From an uncultured Methylomirabilota bacterium (GTDB lineage: Bacteria > Methylomirabilota > Methylomirabilia > Methylomirabilales > 2-02-FULL-66-22), in the NCBI GenBank assembly GCA_963845565.1, contig CAWJSJ010000006.1, positions 43,386-107,385 on the forward strand: a stretch of DNA of 64,000 nt, written 5' to 3'. Both the position numbers and the translations under genes were made by a program. Of this stretch, positions 18,818 to 29,768 are shown piece after piece; within the stretch, counting starts at the first letter, position 1; the number at the start of each line of letters is the position of its first letter. A model generated the notes under the pieces. That model searched no databases and was not told where the DNA came from. It saw nothing but the letters and a program-made list of their open reading frames with translations.

Positions 18818-19397
18818 GGCCTTCATCATCGGCAGTAGCGGGCACGCACGCGTCGTCGCGTCGATGCTCGACGTGGAACCGCAGTTCGTGGACCCCGATC
18901 GTGCGAGCGAGGACCGCGTCCTCGCTGAACTGGTCGCGGATCACGGCGGTGCGGACTTCTACCTCGGCATCGGGATCAATGCGGGTCGCCGGCGCGTGGC
19001 CGAGAAGCTGCGGGCGCTTGGCGCGCGACTGCCGCCGTGCGTGGCGCCGAACGCGTTCGTCGCCCGGGACGCCCAAGTCGCAGACGGGGCGGTGCTCTGT
19101 CTGGGCAGCCAGATCGGCTCGGGTGCGCACATCGGCTTCGCCTGCATCGTGAACACGCTGTCGAGCGTGGACCACGACTGCGTGCTCGGCGACTACACGC
19201 AGGTGACCGCGGGCGTGAACTTCGGCGGCTGGGTTGCCGTCGGGTCGAACGGCTTCTTCGGCATGAAGAGCGCGGTGATCCCGAAGTGCACCATCGGCGA
19301 CGACGTCGTCGTGATGGCGGGCGCGCTGGTGACACGCGACGTCCCCGACCGCGTCATGGTCGGCGGCAGCCCGGCGCGCATCGTCCGGCGCCTCTGA
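18810..19397 (+). CDS. Sugar N/O-acyltransferase, NeuD/PglD/PerB hexapeptide-repeat family
   Basis: IIGSSGHARVV, GIGINAGRRR, NTLSSVDHDC, GALVTRDVP..VGGSPARIVR. Confidence 0.88.
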   Translation: MGKAFIIGSSGHARVVASMLDVEPQFVDPDRASEDRVLAELVADHGGADFYLGIGINAGRRRVAEKLRALGARLPPCVAPNAFVARDAQVADGAVLCLGSQIGSGAHIGFACIVNTLSSVDHDCVLGDYTQVTAGVNFGGWVAVGSNGFFGMKSAVIPKCTIGDDVVVMAGALVTRDVPDRVMVGGSPARIVRRL

Positions 19398-19441
19398 GTC
19401 GGCGTCACGCTGGCTCCGCCAGTTGGGGGGACCGAAGGGAG

Positions 19442-20767
19442 TCAGCGGCAGGATTGTTCGAATATCCGCAGAGGTGCAATCGTATCCTGCATGGGCAACC
19501 CTTCTCTGGTTGCTCCCCAACTCACTAACAGATTTGCAAAAAATCGGCTCGCCTCGATAACCGGCTGGGTACGCGCCGCGCGAAGAGCGAAATCCACCAA
19601 CCTATCCGCGTAGAGTCGAGGGCTGAAGGTCGCCGCTGCCCATTGGGCCGCCCGTTCGCCCAACGCCGACCGCTCAGCCGGGTTGTGCAGGAGGAATACC
19701 AGCGTTTTTTGCAGATCGCTGATTTCCTGGTTGGGCGCCACCTTGCACACGCAATCGTCCGGAAGCTCGCGATAGAACCCCGTGTCGGTTACGACCACGG
19801 CTTTGCCACAGAGCATCGCCTCGATGGTCGATGCCGACGCGGCTTCCAGCGGTGGAAACCGTAGACAGCACACCACATCGGCGCGATCAATGGCGTGCGC
19901 CAACGTGGCATCGTCCACCTCACCGGAAATCAGCAACCGCACACCCAAACTGTGCGCCAGGGCGGAAAGGCGGGCTTGGGCATCCGACTCGATGTGACCG
20001 ACGAGCCGCAGGATGGCCGTGTTCTGCAACTGCGGAGAAGTTCCGATGGCGCGGAGGATGCTGTCGACCCGCTTGTTGGCGTTGATTCGCCCGATGGTCA
20101 GGACAAGCATGGCGTCGCGCGCGGCTGAACTGTCAACCGGCACCGAGGCAGAACCAGATCCGGTCGCCGGACTGGCCGTGGGTTTGTCGTACGCAAGTGG
20201 AATAACCTCCACCGGGCCGGGGCACGAGCGCAAGACCCGCTGGATATCCCAACTCGAGTGGGTGATGACCCCCGTCGCCATCGCAGCGACCCATTCCGTC
20301 ATGGGAGCCTTCTCTCGCGTTCCCTCGATGTAATCCGCCGGGTTGTCGTAGGCAAAATAGGACGCAGCGACCTCCTCGCCATAGCACGATTGCAGGATCG
20401 CTTGCGCCACCGTCCAGCGCGCTCCCGCCCACCCCCTGAAGAGATCACCGAGGAAATAGTCGTGCAGGCACACGATACCGGGAAGCGAGGGGAGCCACTC
20501 CAGGCAACCGCGATGGAAGGGAAAGTTGCCCCCGATCTGGTACACGATGGCGTCGGCATCCCGCGCGACACGAAACACCCCGTCGGTATCGTCCCAGCGC
20601 ACCATCCTGGTTCCGAATTGATGTGGAGGTGTTCCGAGGAGCGCGTAATCTTCCGTGCGCACGATGGTGACGGTGTGATCGCTCGCCATCAACTCCCTTC
20701 CCACCAGCTGCGTCACGCGGCCGATGGCGGAGGACGAGGCCGCCGGAGTGAAGAAAAGGAATTTCAT
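19442..20767 (-). CDS. Glycosyltransferase family 4
   Basis: YQIGGNFPFH, LHDYFL, GRINANKR, CLRFPPLEAASASTIEAM; ATGA overlap with upstream gene. Confidence 0.85.
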   Translation of the reverse strand: MKFLFFTPAASSSAIGRVTQLVGRELMASDHTVTIVRTEDYALLGTPPHQFGTRMVRWDDTDGVFRVARDADAIVYQIGGNFPFHRGCLEWLPSLPGIVCLHDYFLGDLFRGWAGARWTVAQAILQSCYGEEVAASYFAYDNPADYIEGTREKAPMTEWVAAMATGVITHSSWDIQRVLRSCPGPVEVIPLAYDKPTASPATGSGSASVPVDSSAARDAMLVLTIGRINANKRVDSILRAIGTSPQLQNTAILRLVGHIESDAQARLSALAHSLGVRLLISGEVDDATLAHAIDRADVVCCLRFPPLEAASASTIEAMLCGKAVVVTDTGFYRELPDDCVCKVAPNQEISDLQKTLVFLLHNPAERSALGERAAQWAAATFSPRLYADRLVDFALRAARTQPVIEASRFFANLLVSWGATREGLPMQDTIAPLRIFEQSCR

Positions 20768-21798
20768 GCGAGCAGTTTCTCCACAGTCTTGGGCCAGGTG
20801 ATGCCCATGCCGAACCAATGGTCACGGGCGGCGGTGCCGTATTTGACCGCGGAGGTCGCATCGAGGCAGGCGGCGGCCATGGCGTCTGCCAGCGCTTGCG
20901 GCTCTGGAGCCACAACCCAGCCGGTTTCCAGGTGGCGAACCAAGTCACGCACGCCGCCACTGTCGTGGACGGTGATAACGGGCTTGCCGGCCGCCGCTGC
21001 CTCTGCCGCGACGTAGCCGAAGTCTTCGTTGTAGGGCACGCAGGCGCACGCCGCGGCATGATTCACCATCTGCGCGACTTCCGTGCGGGCCAAAAAACGT
21101 AAGTCGAGCGTGACCCGATCGCCGAGTTCCAGTGTTTCCACCAGTTGGGTCAGGCGCATTCCGTCTTCCGGCGTGTCAGGGGGGCCGGCGATCACGAGCC
21201 GCACTTGTGGCGGCGCCAACGCCAGAGCCTCCAAGAGGAGTTGCTGGCGTTTCATGCTATTGATCCGCCCGCCGGCAAAGACGTACCCCTCGGAAGGGCC
21301 CCCAGCGAACAGTTCCGCGTCGTTCAGCGGTGGAACGAGCACTTCTGCGTTCACGCCGTTGTAATGCGCCAACCGCTGCTGGGTGGTCTTCGAGATCGTG
21401 AAAAGGCCGCGGCTCTCTCCGAAGGCCTCATTGTCCGCGTTTCGGATGACGCGGCGGATCTCCTGCCCCGGAGGACCTTCGGGCAGGTTGCTTTGACCGG
21501 CGTCGTATAGATCGTAGGCTTGCCGGTACTGGTGGAGGACCCACAGGGTCTTATGCGGGTGACGAACGAGATAGGCCGGAAACTTGAGCGCGATGACGCG
21601 ATCGACATTGAACATCTCGAAGCCCCGGACCATCAGCATCTGGGACGGGATGCGGGGCGCCGGCTCCCATCGGAAAGGGATCCGAAGCACTTCGGCCTCA
21701 TGGCCCGCGGCAATCAGATTCTTTTCGAGATTCGCGGCCAACTCCTCCGCTCCTCCCCAGACGAACGGGGCCATGTTGTTGACGACCAAGACCTTCAC
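20764..21798 (-). CDS. Glycosyltransferase family 4
   Basis: PFVWGGAE, KFPAYLVRHPHK, HQYRQAYDL, PYNEDFGYVAAEA, DSGG. Confidence 0.88.
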   Translation of the reverse strand: MKVLVVNNMAPFVWGGAEELAANLEKNLIAAGHEAEVLRIPFRWEPAPRIPSQMLMVRGFEMFNVDRVIALKFPAYLVRHPHKTLWVLHQYRQAYDLYDAGQSNLPEGPPGQEIRRVIRNADNEAFGESRGLFTISKTTQQRLAHYNGVNAEVLVPPLNDAELFAGGPSEGYVFAGGRINSMKRQQLLLEALALAPPQVRLVIAGPPDTPEDGMRLTQLVETLELGDRVTLDLRFLARTEVAQMVNHAAACACVPYNEDFGYVAAEAAAAGKPVITVHDSGGVRDLVRHLETGWVVAPEPQALADAMAAACLDATSAVKYGTAARDHWFGMGITWPKTVEKLLA

Positions 21799-22835
21799 GA
21801 GAGCAGCCTTTCGATCACGTGCGGCCAGGAGATCTTCAACGCGCCGAGTCTGGCGTGGGCGTGCTGCCCCATCCGGCGAGTGGCCTCGCGGTCGAGGTAG
21901 AGCCTGTCCATGGCCTCGGCCAGCGCTACCGGATCGGGATCCACCACCAGGCCGTTACAGCCGTCCGTCACCAATTCCACAACTCCTCCGGAGTCCGTCG
22001 TGGTCAGCACCGGTTTGCTGGCATGGCTCGCTTCAAGGCTTGGGTATCCGTAGGAGTCCTCGTCGAGCGGCAGATAGGCCGCCGCCAGGCAGTCGGCCAG
22101 CACTGCGACCTTTTCCGACTCGCTGATCCACCGGTCTTCGAAGGTGACGCGGCTCTCCAAGCGGGCGGCCGCGATCTGCACGCGCAGATCGTTGGCGTAC
22201 GCCTTCATGTAGCATTCTCCGCTCAGGCGCAACTTCACACCGGTGGTTGTGTATTGCATGGCCTCCACGAGCAGGTGCTGCCGCTTGTGGTGTTCGACCC
22301 GGGACAGGTAGACGACTTCGTCGTTGAACGATCCGCAACGGAAGCGCTCGGGCCGGTAAATCGGCGGGTACAGCACCTCGCTGTCCACCTTGTTATACGT
22401 CTTGACCCGGTCGGACACCACCTGGGAGTTGGTGAACACCCGCCGAGCTTCGCGGAAGGCGGCTGTGTCTATGGCGTGCACGGCCTCGCGAAGACCCCGG
22501 TGTCGGCCATCGTCGGGGAACCCACGGTACTGGGTGTCCCAGAGGTCGTAGAAGGCCCGCAAGTGATGGATGAACCAGAGGATCTTCTGCGGGTGAGGAA
22601 TCAGATGCGCCGGGGGCCGAAAACAGATGATGCGATCGACTGCATCCGTGAGATCGATCCACCGATACGCCATCATCTGGGGAACGAGCGAACCGGCGGT
22701 ATTATAGGTCGCCGGCAGATAGATGCGCTCAACCTGGTGCCCCGCTTCCTGGAGGGCACTTTCGAGCCACTCGACAATGTTCTTGGCTCCTCCCTTGAGA
22801 AACGGCACAAAGGAGGAGCAGAGCGCTATCTTCAT
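21795..22835 (-). CDS. Glycosyltransferase family 4 (paralog of adjacent gene)
   Basis: PFLKGGA, HHLRAFYDLW, SRVEHHKRQ, PLDEDSYGYPSLEA, DSGG. Confidence 0.88.
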   Translation of the reverse strand: MKIALCSSFVPFLKGGAKNIVEWLESALQEAGHQVERIYLPATYNTAGSLVPQMMAYRWIDLTDAVDRIICFRPPAHLIPHPQKILWFIHHLRAFYDLWDTQYRGFPDDGRHRGLREAVHAIDTAAFREARRVFTNSQVVSDRVKTYNKVDSEVLYPPIYRPERFRCGSFNDEVVYLSRVEHHKRQHLLVEAMQYTTTGVKLRLSGECYMKAYANDLRVQIAAARLESRVTFEDRWISESEKVAVLADCLAAAYLPLDEDSYGYPSLEASHASKPVLTTTDSGGVVELVTDGCNGLVVDPDPVALAEAMDRLYLDREATRRMGQHAHARLGALKISWPHVIERLLS

Positions 22836-23938
22836 ATGCGGGAAAGAGCGGCAGAGAGACCGTTTGCGATCCGCTGGACGTCGGATTCGTTCAGAAATTG
22901 ATGCGTCGGAAGGTTGATGCCGCGTTGCGCCCAGGTATCGGCCACCGGATAGGCGGCAGGCTCCTGGTACGGAGGCAGCACGTGCATGGGATAGAAGACA
23001 GGGCGCGTCTCAATGCCCAACTCATCGAGTCGGCGCATCACGTCGTCGCGCTGCTGCTCGCCACCCTCACGCAGAAAGATTGTGTACATCCAATGGACCT
23101 GTTTAGCCCAGACTGCCTGGGTCGGAAGAAGAATCCGATCCGACAGGGGTGCCAGTGCGGCCTCATACCAGCGGGCAAGCGTGTGCCTTTCAGCAATCGC
23201 AGTCTCGATGGTCTCCATCTGGGCGAGACCCATGGCTGCCTGAATATTGGTCATCCGATAGTTGTAGCCAACGACGGGAAACCAGTAGCGTCGCTTGAGG
23301 TCCATGCCCTGCCCACGGTAAAGGCGGAGCTTGGCTGCGAGTTCGTCGTCGTCGGTTGTGACCATTCCACCTTCGCCGGTCGTGACGATCTTGTTGCCAA
23401 AAAAACTGAAGGCCGCGCAATCGCCTAGGCCGCCGACCTTTCTCCCAAGGTACTCGGCACCATGTGCCTCGGCCGCGTCTTCAAGAACGAACAAACCATG
23501 CCGCGTAGCAATCTCGGCGACCGGTCCCATTTCGCACGGGTGTCCGTAGAGATGGACGGGGATGATGCCGCGCGTTCTGGGTGAGATCTTCCCCGTGATT
23601 CCAGCCGGGTTGATGTTCAGCGTGCCGGGGCACACATCCACCAGCACCGGGGTGGCGCCGCAGTAGCGCACCGCATTGGCGGTTGCGATATAGGTGACGG
23701 TAGGAATAAGGATCTCGTCTCCGGCTGCGACACCCAGGGCAACCAGCGCAAGGTGGAGGGCGACCGTGCCGTTACAGGTCGCGACCGCATGCTTTACGCC
23801 GCAAAACCGTGCAAACGTCTCCTCGAACGCGCTGATGTACTTACCATGCGAAGAGATCCAGCCCGTGTCCAGGCAGTCTAATACGTACCGCCGTTCATTT
23901 CCGGCCAGTTTGGGTTGGGCGACCGAGATCCGTTGCAT
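22832..23938 (-). CDS. per: GDP-perosamine synthase (DegT/DnrJ/EryC1/StrS PLP aminotransferase)
   Basis: GWISSHGKYI, EDAAEAHGA, SFFGNKIVTTGEGGM, GYNYRMTNIQAA, ETRPVFYP; gmd nearby. Confidence 0.85.
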   Translation of the reverse strand: MQRISVAQPKLAGNERRYVLDCLDTGWISSHGKYISAFEETFARFCGVKHAVATCNGTVALHLALVALGVAAGDEILIPTVTYIATANAVRYCGATPVLVDVCPGTLNINPAGITGKISPRTRGIIPVHLYGHPCEMGPVAEIATRHGLFVLEDAAEAHGAEYLGRKVGGLGDCAAFSFFGNKIVTTGEGGMVTTDDDELAAKLRLYRGQGMDLKRRYWFPVVGYNYRMTNIQAAMGLAQMETIETAIAERHTLARWYEAALAPLSDRILLPTQAVWAKQVHWMYTIFLREGGEQQRDDVMRRLDELGIETRPVFYPMHVLPPYQEPAAYPVADTWAQRGINLPTHQFLNESDVQRIANGLSAALSRI

Positions 23939-23944
23939 GACGTT

Positions 23945-24592
23945 TCACTCCATGTACTCTTGCTTGATAACCCTTGCCGGAACACCCACCGCCACGGCTC
24001 CGTCCGGAATATTGCGGATCACGACACCGCCAGCGCCCACAATAGCCCTCCGCCCAATCTGCATACCCGGAATGACCTTGGCACCGGTTCCGAGAAAGGC
24101 GCCTTCTCCAACGGTCACGTTGCCTGCCAGCGCGCACTGCGGTCCGATGTGAACGCCACGACCGAGGTGGCAATCGTGATCAATAGTCGCGCCGGTATTG
24201 ATAATGACCAAGTCATCAACCACCGATGCCGCATTGATGACCGCGCCGGCCATGACCGCGATTCCACCGCCGAGTCGGACAGAGGGAGAAATGATTGCGT
24301 GGGGGCTGATGGCGTTAATCAATTGAAAGCCGACCCGTCTCACCACATCGGCTACCCGCTGCCGATTAGCATTCGATCCAATCGCCACGAACGCCCGGCA
24401 ATAGCCCTTTTGCCGCAAGAGGGGCAGATGCTCGTCGCCTTCAAGACCCGATACACCGACACAGGTTTCGGCGCCGTGCGTCCGGCTCACGCAGTAGTCG
24501 ACCGTTTCGCCGTTGGCCTGCAATATTTCAATGACGACCTTGGCATGGCCGCCTGCGCCAAGCACGACAACGTGTTCCTTGTGTTCCTTCAC
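23945..24592 (-). CDS. Sugar N-acetyltransferase (PerB/NeuD/PglD family)
   Basis: LGAGGHAKVV, AIGSNANR, NTGATIDHDC, VGVPARVIK; GTGA overlap; next to per. Confidence 0.88.
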   Translation of the reverse strand: MKEHKEHVVVLGAGGHAKVVIEILQANGETVDYCVSRTHGAETCVGVSGLEGDEHLPLLRQKGYCRAFVAIGSNANRQRVADVVRRVGFQLINAISPHAIISPSVRLGGGIAVMAGAVINAASVVDDLVIINTGATIDHDCHLGRGVHIGPQCALAGNVTVGEGAFLGTGAKVIPGMQIGRRAIVGAGGVVIRNIPDGAVAVGVPARVIKQEYME

Positions 24593-25905
24593 GGCCAAAT
24601 CTCTGCCTTGCGCCATACCTCCACACCAGGGCGAGCAAATAACAGATCGACTGACTCCACTCGGTCGAGCTTCTCTTCCGCCCAGGACTCTGGCACACCG
24701 GTTTTGTGGTCAATCACCCGATATGCAAGCCCGAGGGCCTCAAAACGTGACAGCCAATCGCGTGTCGTGTGGCCGGCACGACGCACATGGGCAGGCACGA
24801 ACTTGACCATCAAAGCCGCGCCATCGTTTTGTCGAATGAGTGACCCGCTCCCGCCTAGCACATCGAGTTCTGCCCCGTGGGCGTCAATCCTGATGAGAGT
24901 GACAACCGGATTGGACGCCGTGACCTCGTCCAAAGTGACGCAGCAGACGTCAACCGGCGTGCGATGTATGTCCGCCGGACGCGACAGCGAAGAAAGCCCA
25001 TGATGATCACTCGTCCCGTCCGGCAACAACTGCTGGCGGCCCGACCGACTGGACACGGCGGCCTGGTGGATGTCAACGATGCCGGAAAAACCGTTCAGCC
25101 CGACCGTCTTCTCCAGAAGGCGCTTGGTTGGTTCGCACGGTTCGAAAGCCACGACGCGGCCCACCCCCTGCATCGCTCTGGCGGCTGCAAGGGTGTGTAC
25201 GCCGATGTTCGCACCAACGTCAATGAAGACATCCCCGGGCCCCAAGAGTTTCTGTATCAACCGACGTGTACCACGTTCGAGTTCGCCTTCGAGCAAGCCC
25301 GTGACGAGGGCATAATCCCGGGGCGAGCACAAGACGTAGCCCACGTCCGATCGAACAAGCACCTCGTCGGGTCCACACACTACCATCACACGCCTATCAA
25401 GGCGGGCTGTAAGCTCGGCCACCTGAGTCCGTATTTCGTGTTGTAGTTTCGTCCTCAGTGCCTGCATGTCCTCTTGGAGTTTCGTCCTCAGTGCCTGCGT
25501 GTCCTCCTGCATCGGCGCTATGAGGTAGCGTCGAAGGGGCGAGACGATGCGGGCCAGCGTGGGCTTAATTCGTCGGACGACGGCGCGCACTGCTGAGTGC
25601 AGCGCCATGCCCGCCCTGGCGCGAAACGCCTTCGAGGCCACGTTGTCATGGCTGCGGGGACCTGCGATATCGCGGATCTGAGAAGGGTAGAGCGCAAGCC
25701 GCCTCATTTGCGACTTGAAGGCAAGTTCAAGATCCACACCGGCCCGAAGTTTGTTGTGCATTCCCGACTCATTCAGACAGATGCCGAAAGGGGATCTTGG
25801 CACCACCAGAAGGATACGGCCAACAGCGGATTCGCTCCCCGTCTGAATCTTCTCTATCGCGGTCGGCCTCGCAGTCCAGTGGATGAGCTGCTGCCCGGTG
25901 ACCAT
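24589..25905 (-). CDS. FkbM-family methyltransferase with N-terminal coiled coil (start uncertain)
   Basis: E.GT..., GDVFIDVGANIG, VVAFEP, variant RIDAHGAE motif; QEDxQALRTKL repeats. Confidence 0.8.
   Translation of the reverse strand: MVTGQQLIHWTARPTAIEKIQTGSESAVGRILLVVPRSPFGICLNESGMHNKLRAGVDLELAFKSQMRRLALYPSQIRDIAGPRSHDNVASKAFRARAGMALHSAVRAVVRRIKPTLARIVSPLRRYLIAPMQEDTQALRTKLQEDMQALRTKLQHEIRTQVAELTARLDRRVMVVCGPDEVLVRSDVGYVLCSPRDYALVTGLLEGELERGTRRLIQKLLGPGDVFIDVGANIGVHTLAAARAMQGVGRVVAFEPCEPTKRLLEKTVGLNGFSGIVDIHQAAVSSRSGRQQLLPDGTSDHHGLSSLSRPADIHRTPVDVCCVTLDEVTASNPVVTLIRIDAHGAELDVLGGSGSLIRQNDGAALMVKFVPAHVRRAGHTTRDWLSRFEALGLAYRVIDHKTGVPESWAEEKLDRVESVDLLFARPGVEVWRKAEIWP
25441..25506. repeat. 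33-bp tandem duplication encoding an 11-aa coiled-coil unit
   Basis: ttgtagtttcgtcctcagtgcctgcatgtcctc / ttggagtttcgtcctcagtgcctgcgtgtcctc. Confidence 0.9.
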
Positions 25906-26126
25906 TCGCGGCGCCGCCCCGAGGGTTTACGGACGGCCGTCCGAGATCGAGACTGAATTCTGTCTCGGCGACGAATTGGCCGCCGCGCACTCGCCTCGCG
26001 CTCCTCGGTCGGCCACAATACGCCACCCCACGAGAGAATACCACACACCGGCGACAAGCTATCAAGGCGAAGAGTGGGTGTCAAGAGTCAGTCTCTCCGT
26101 GGCGGCATCCGAACGCGTGTCTTCTT

Positions 26127-26155
26127 TTGCACGAACCCCAGCCTTGGAGTATACT
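26127..26155 (+). promoter_or_regulatory. Putative sigma70 promoter for rmd-gmd
   Basis: TTGCAC-N17-TATACT. Confidence 0.6.
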
Positions 26156-26221
26156 GCCGAAAATTCCAGACCTGCTTGGCGGGGTAGCAAGCGGGCATTC
26201 CCGACGCCGAGGAGACGACGA

Positions 26222-28229
<2,008 letters not shown>

Positions 28230-28258
28230 CCAGAAGACCGATCGGGCCGGAATCGATC

Positions 28259-28281
28259 ACCACAAGAAGCACAAGAGGCAC
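28259..28281 (+). repeat. Single-arm 9-bp-periodic relic
   Basis: accacaagaag-cacaagagg-cac between convergent genes. Confidence 0.45.
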
Positions 28282-28315
28282 GGGCGGTTCATCAACGATC
28301 CAACTTCCGCCGCGC

Positions 28316-29467
28316 TTACGCGTCGCCCCCTACGCCGGCCACGCGGCGGTACACGGCAACCGTCTCCTCTGCACATCGTTGCCACGAGAAGCGCTTCGCC
28401 CGCTCGATTCCGCGCGCGCGTAATTCGACCCGGTGCCCTTCGTCCTCCAGTAACCTTTCCATGGAGATCCGGAGCCCGTCCACGTCGTCCGGGTGAACCA
28501 GGTCGGCCGCGTCGCCGGCCACTTCCGGGAGACACGACACGGACGAGGTAATCACCGGCACCCCGCTCGCCATGGCTTCGACGACGGGTAATCCGAATCC
28601 CTCGTAGCGTGATGGATAGACGAAGAGTCGCGCCCCCGCGTAGATGACGGGGAGCTCCTCTTGTGGCACGAAACCGAGAAAGCGGAGCCACCCCGCTGCC
28701 TCTCCGGTGTGTATCAGGTTCTCTATTTCTCCGGAAAGCCAACCGCGTTGTCCGGCAATGACCAGCGGGGTCACGCCGCGGAGCCGCTCGGGAAGCGTTC
28801 CGAACGCTCGAATCGCCGCCGCGAGGTTCTTGCGCGGTTCCAAGGTTCCGACCGAGAGCGCGTAACCACCATGGTGCAGGCCCCGAGCCGCAAGACGCGC
28901 GCGACACGCGGCCTCCTCGCGCGGCACGAATGCGGGATCCACGCCGAGATGGATTGCCGTGATGCGTTCACCCGCGAGGCCGAAGTGCTCGATCGCTTCG
29001 CGCCGCACTTCCTCGGAGTCGGTGATGATGTGCGCAGCGCGAGCCAGCGTGTTTGGCAAGTACCGCTCCAAGTGTCTGAGGCGCTCCTTCGGTTGTGTGT
29101 CAGGGTAGCGTACGAACGATAAGTCGTGCAGTGTGGAAACGATCGGGCCGTGGAATGGAAGCGCGACGTAGTTCGGCTCGTGGTAGATGTGGGGGCGGAA
29201 GGCGCGTACACCGCGGGCGAAGAAGGGGCGCTGCGCGGTTCGGATGAGGATGTACGCGAAAGGGATGGTGCTTTTGATTGCGCGTTTGGCGGCGTCTGCC
29301 ACGGGCATGGGGGATGCGATAGGGCGGCGATCCCACCCGGTGCCGTAGAAATACCGGATGTCGATATCTCCACGTCCTGCAATCGCGACCATCAATTGGC
29401 GAATATACTGTCCGATGCCGGTGAGGGGCGATCGCAGGGGTACGGCGTTGACCGCGAGTCTCAGCAT
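28316..29467 (-). CDS. Glycosyltransferase family 4 (MtfB/WbpY-like)
   Basis: TGIGQY, YHEPNY, HDLSF, VGTLEPRKN, YPSRYEGFGLPVVEAMASG. Confidence 0.9.
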   Translation of the reverse strand: MLRLAVNAVPLRSPLTGIGQYIRQLMVAIAGRGDIDIRYFYGTGWDRRPIASPMPVADAAKRAIKSTIPFAYILIRTAQRPFFARGVRAFRPHIYHEPNYVALPFHGPIVSTLHDLSFVRYPDTQPKERLRHLERYLPNTLARAAHIITDSEEVRREAIEHFGLAGERITAIHLGVDPAFVPREEAACRARLAARGLHHGGYALSVGTLEPRKNLAAAIRAFGTLPERLRGVTPLVIAGQRGWLSGEIENLIHTGEAAGWLRFLGFVPQEELPVIYAGARLFVYPSRYEGFGLPVVEAMASGVPVITSSVSCLPEVAGDAADLVHPDDVDGLRISMERLLEDEGHRVELRARGIERAKRFSWQRCAEETVAVYRRVAGVGGDA

Positions 29468-29621
29468 CGGGGCCGTCCCTATTCCTGGTTGAGGGTGTGA
29501 AAACGCGGAGCGCGTTCCAGCCGTTTGGGTTATGCCGTGCGAGCCATGGGGTTGGAGACACATCCCCGACCGACACCTTGTCCGCACCACACCCCTGCCG
29601 CAAGGCCCCGATCGGAAGCGA

Positions 29622-29724
29622 AGTATGCGGTGGTTCAGCGCTACCCGTCAAGCGGAAAGGCGGCGTGCGGGCAATGGGGCCACCGGGCTATCCCGTTGTC
29701 TGGCGAGTCGCTCTGTGGTACGTT
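29622..29724. promoter_or_regulatory. Divergent sigma70-like promoters
   Basis: Minus strand TTGACG-N18-CATACT (29651-29622); plus strand TTGTCT-N17-TACGTT (29696-29724). Confidence 0.5.
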
Positions 29725-29768
29725 CGCAATGATGCGGGCCGGTGGTCGGTACGGCGGTGGGGACTGGC

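Noticed and set aside
18818..19152. C-terminal extension of the ACP-fusion protein
   Set aside because: Arg/Ser-rich shadow reading over the acyltransferase gene; best explained by a +1 indel before TAA 18815.
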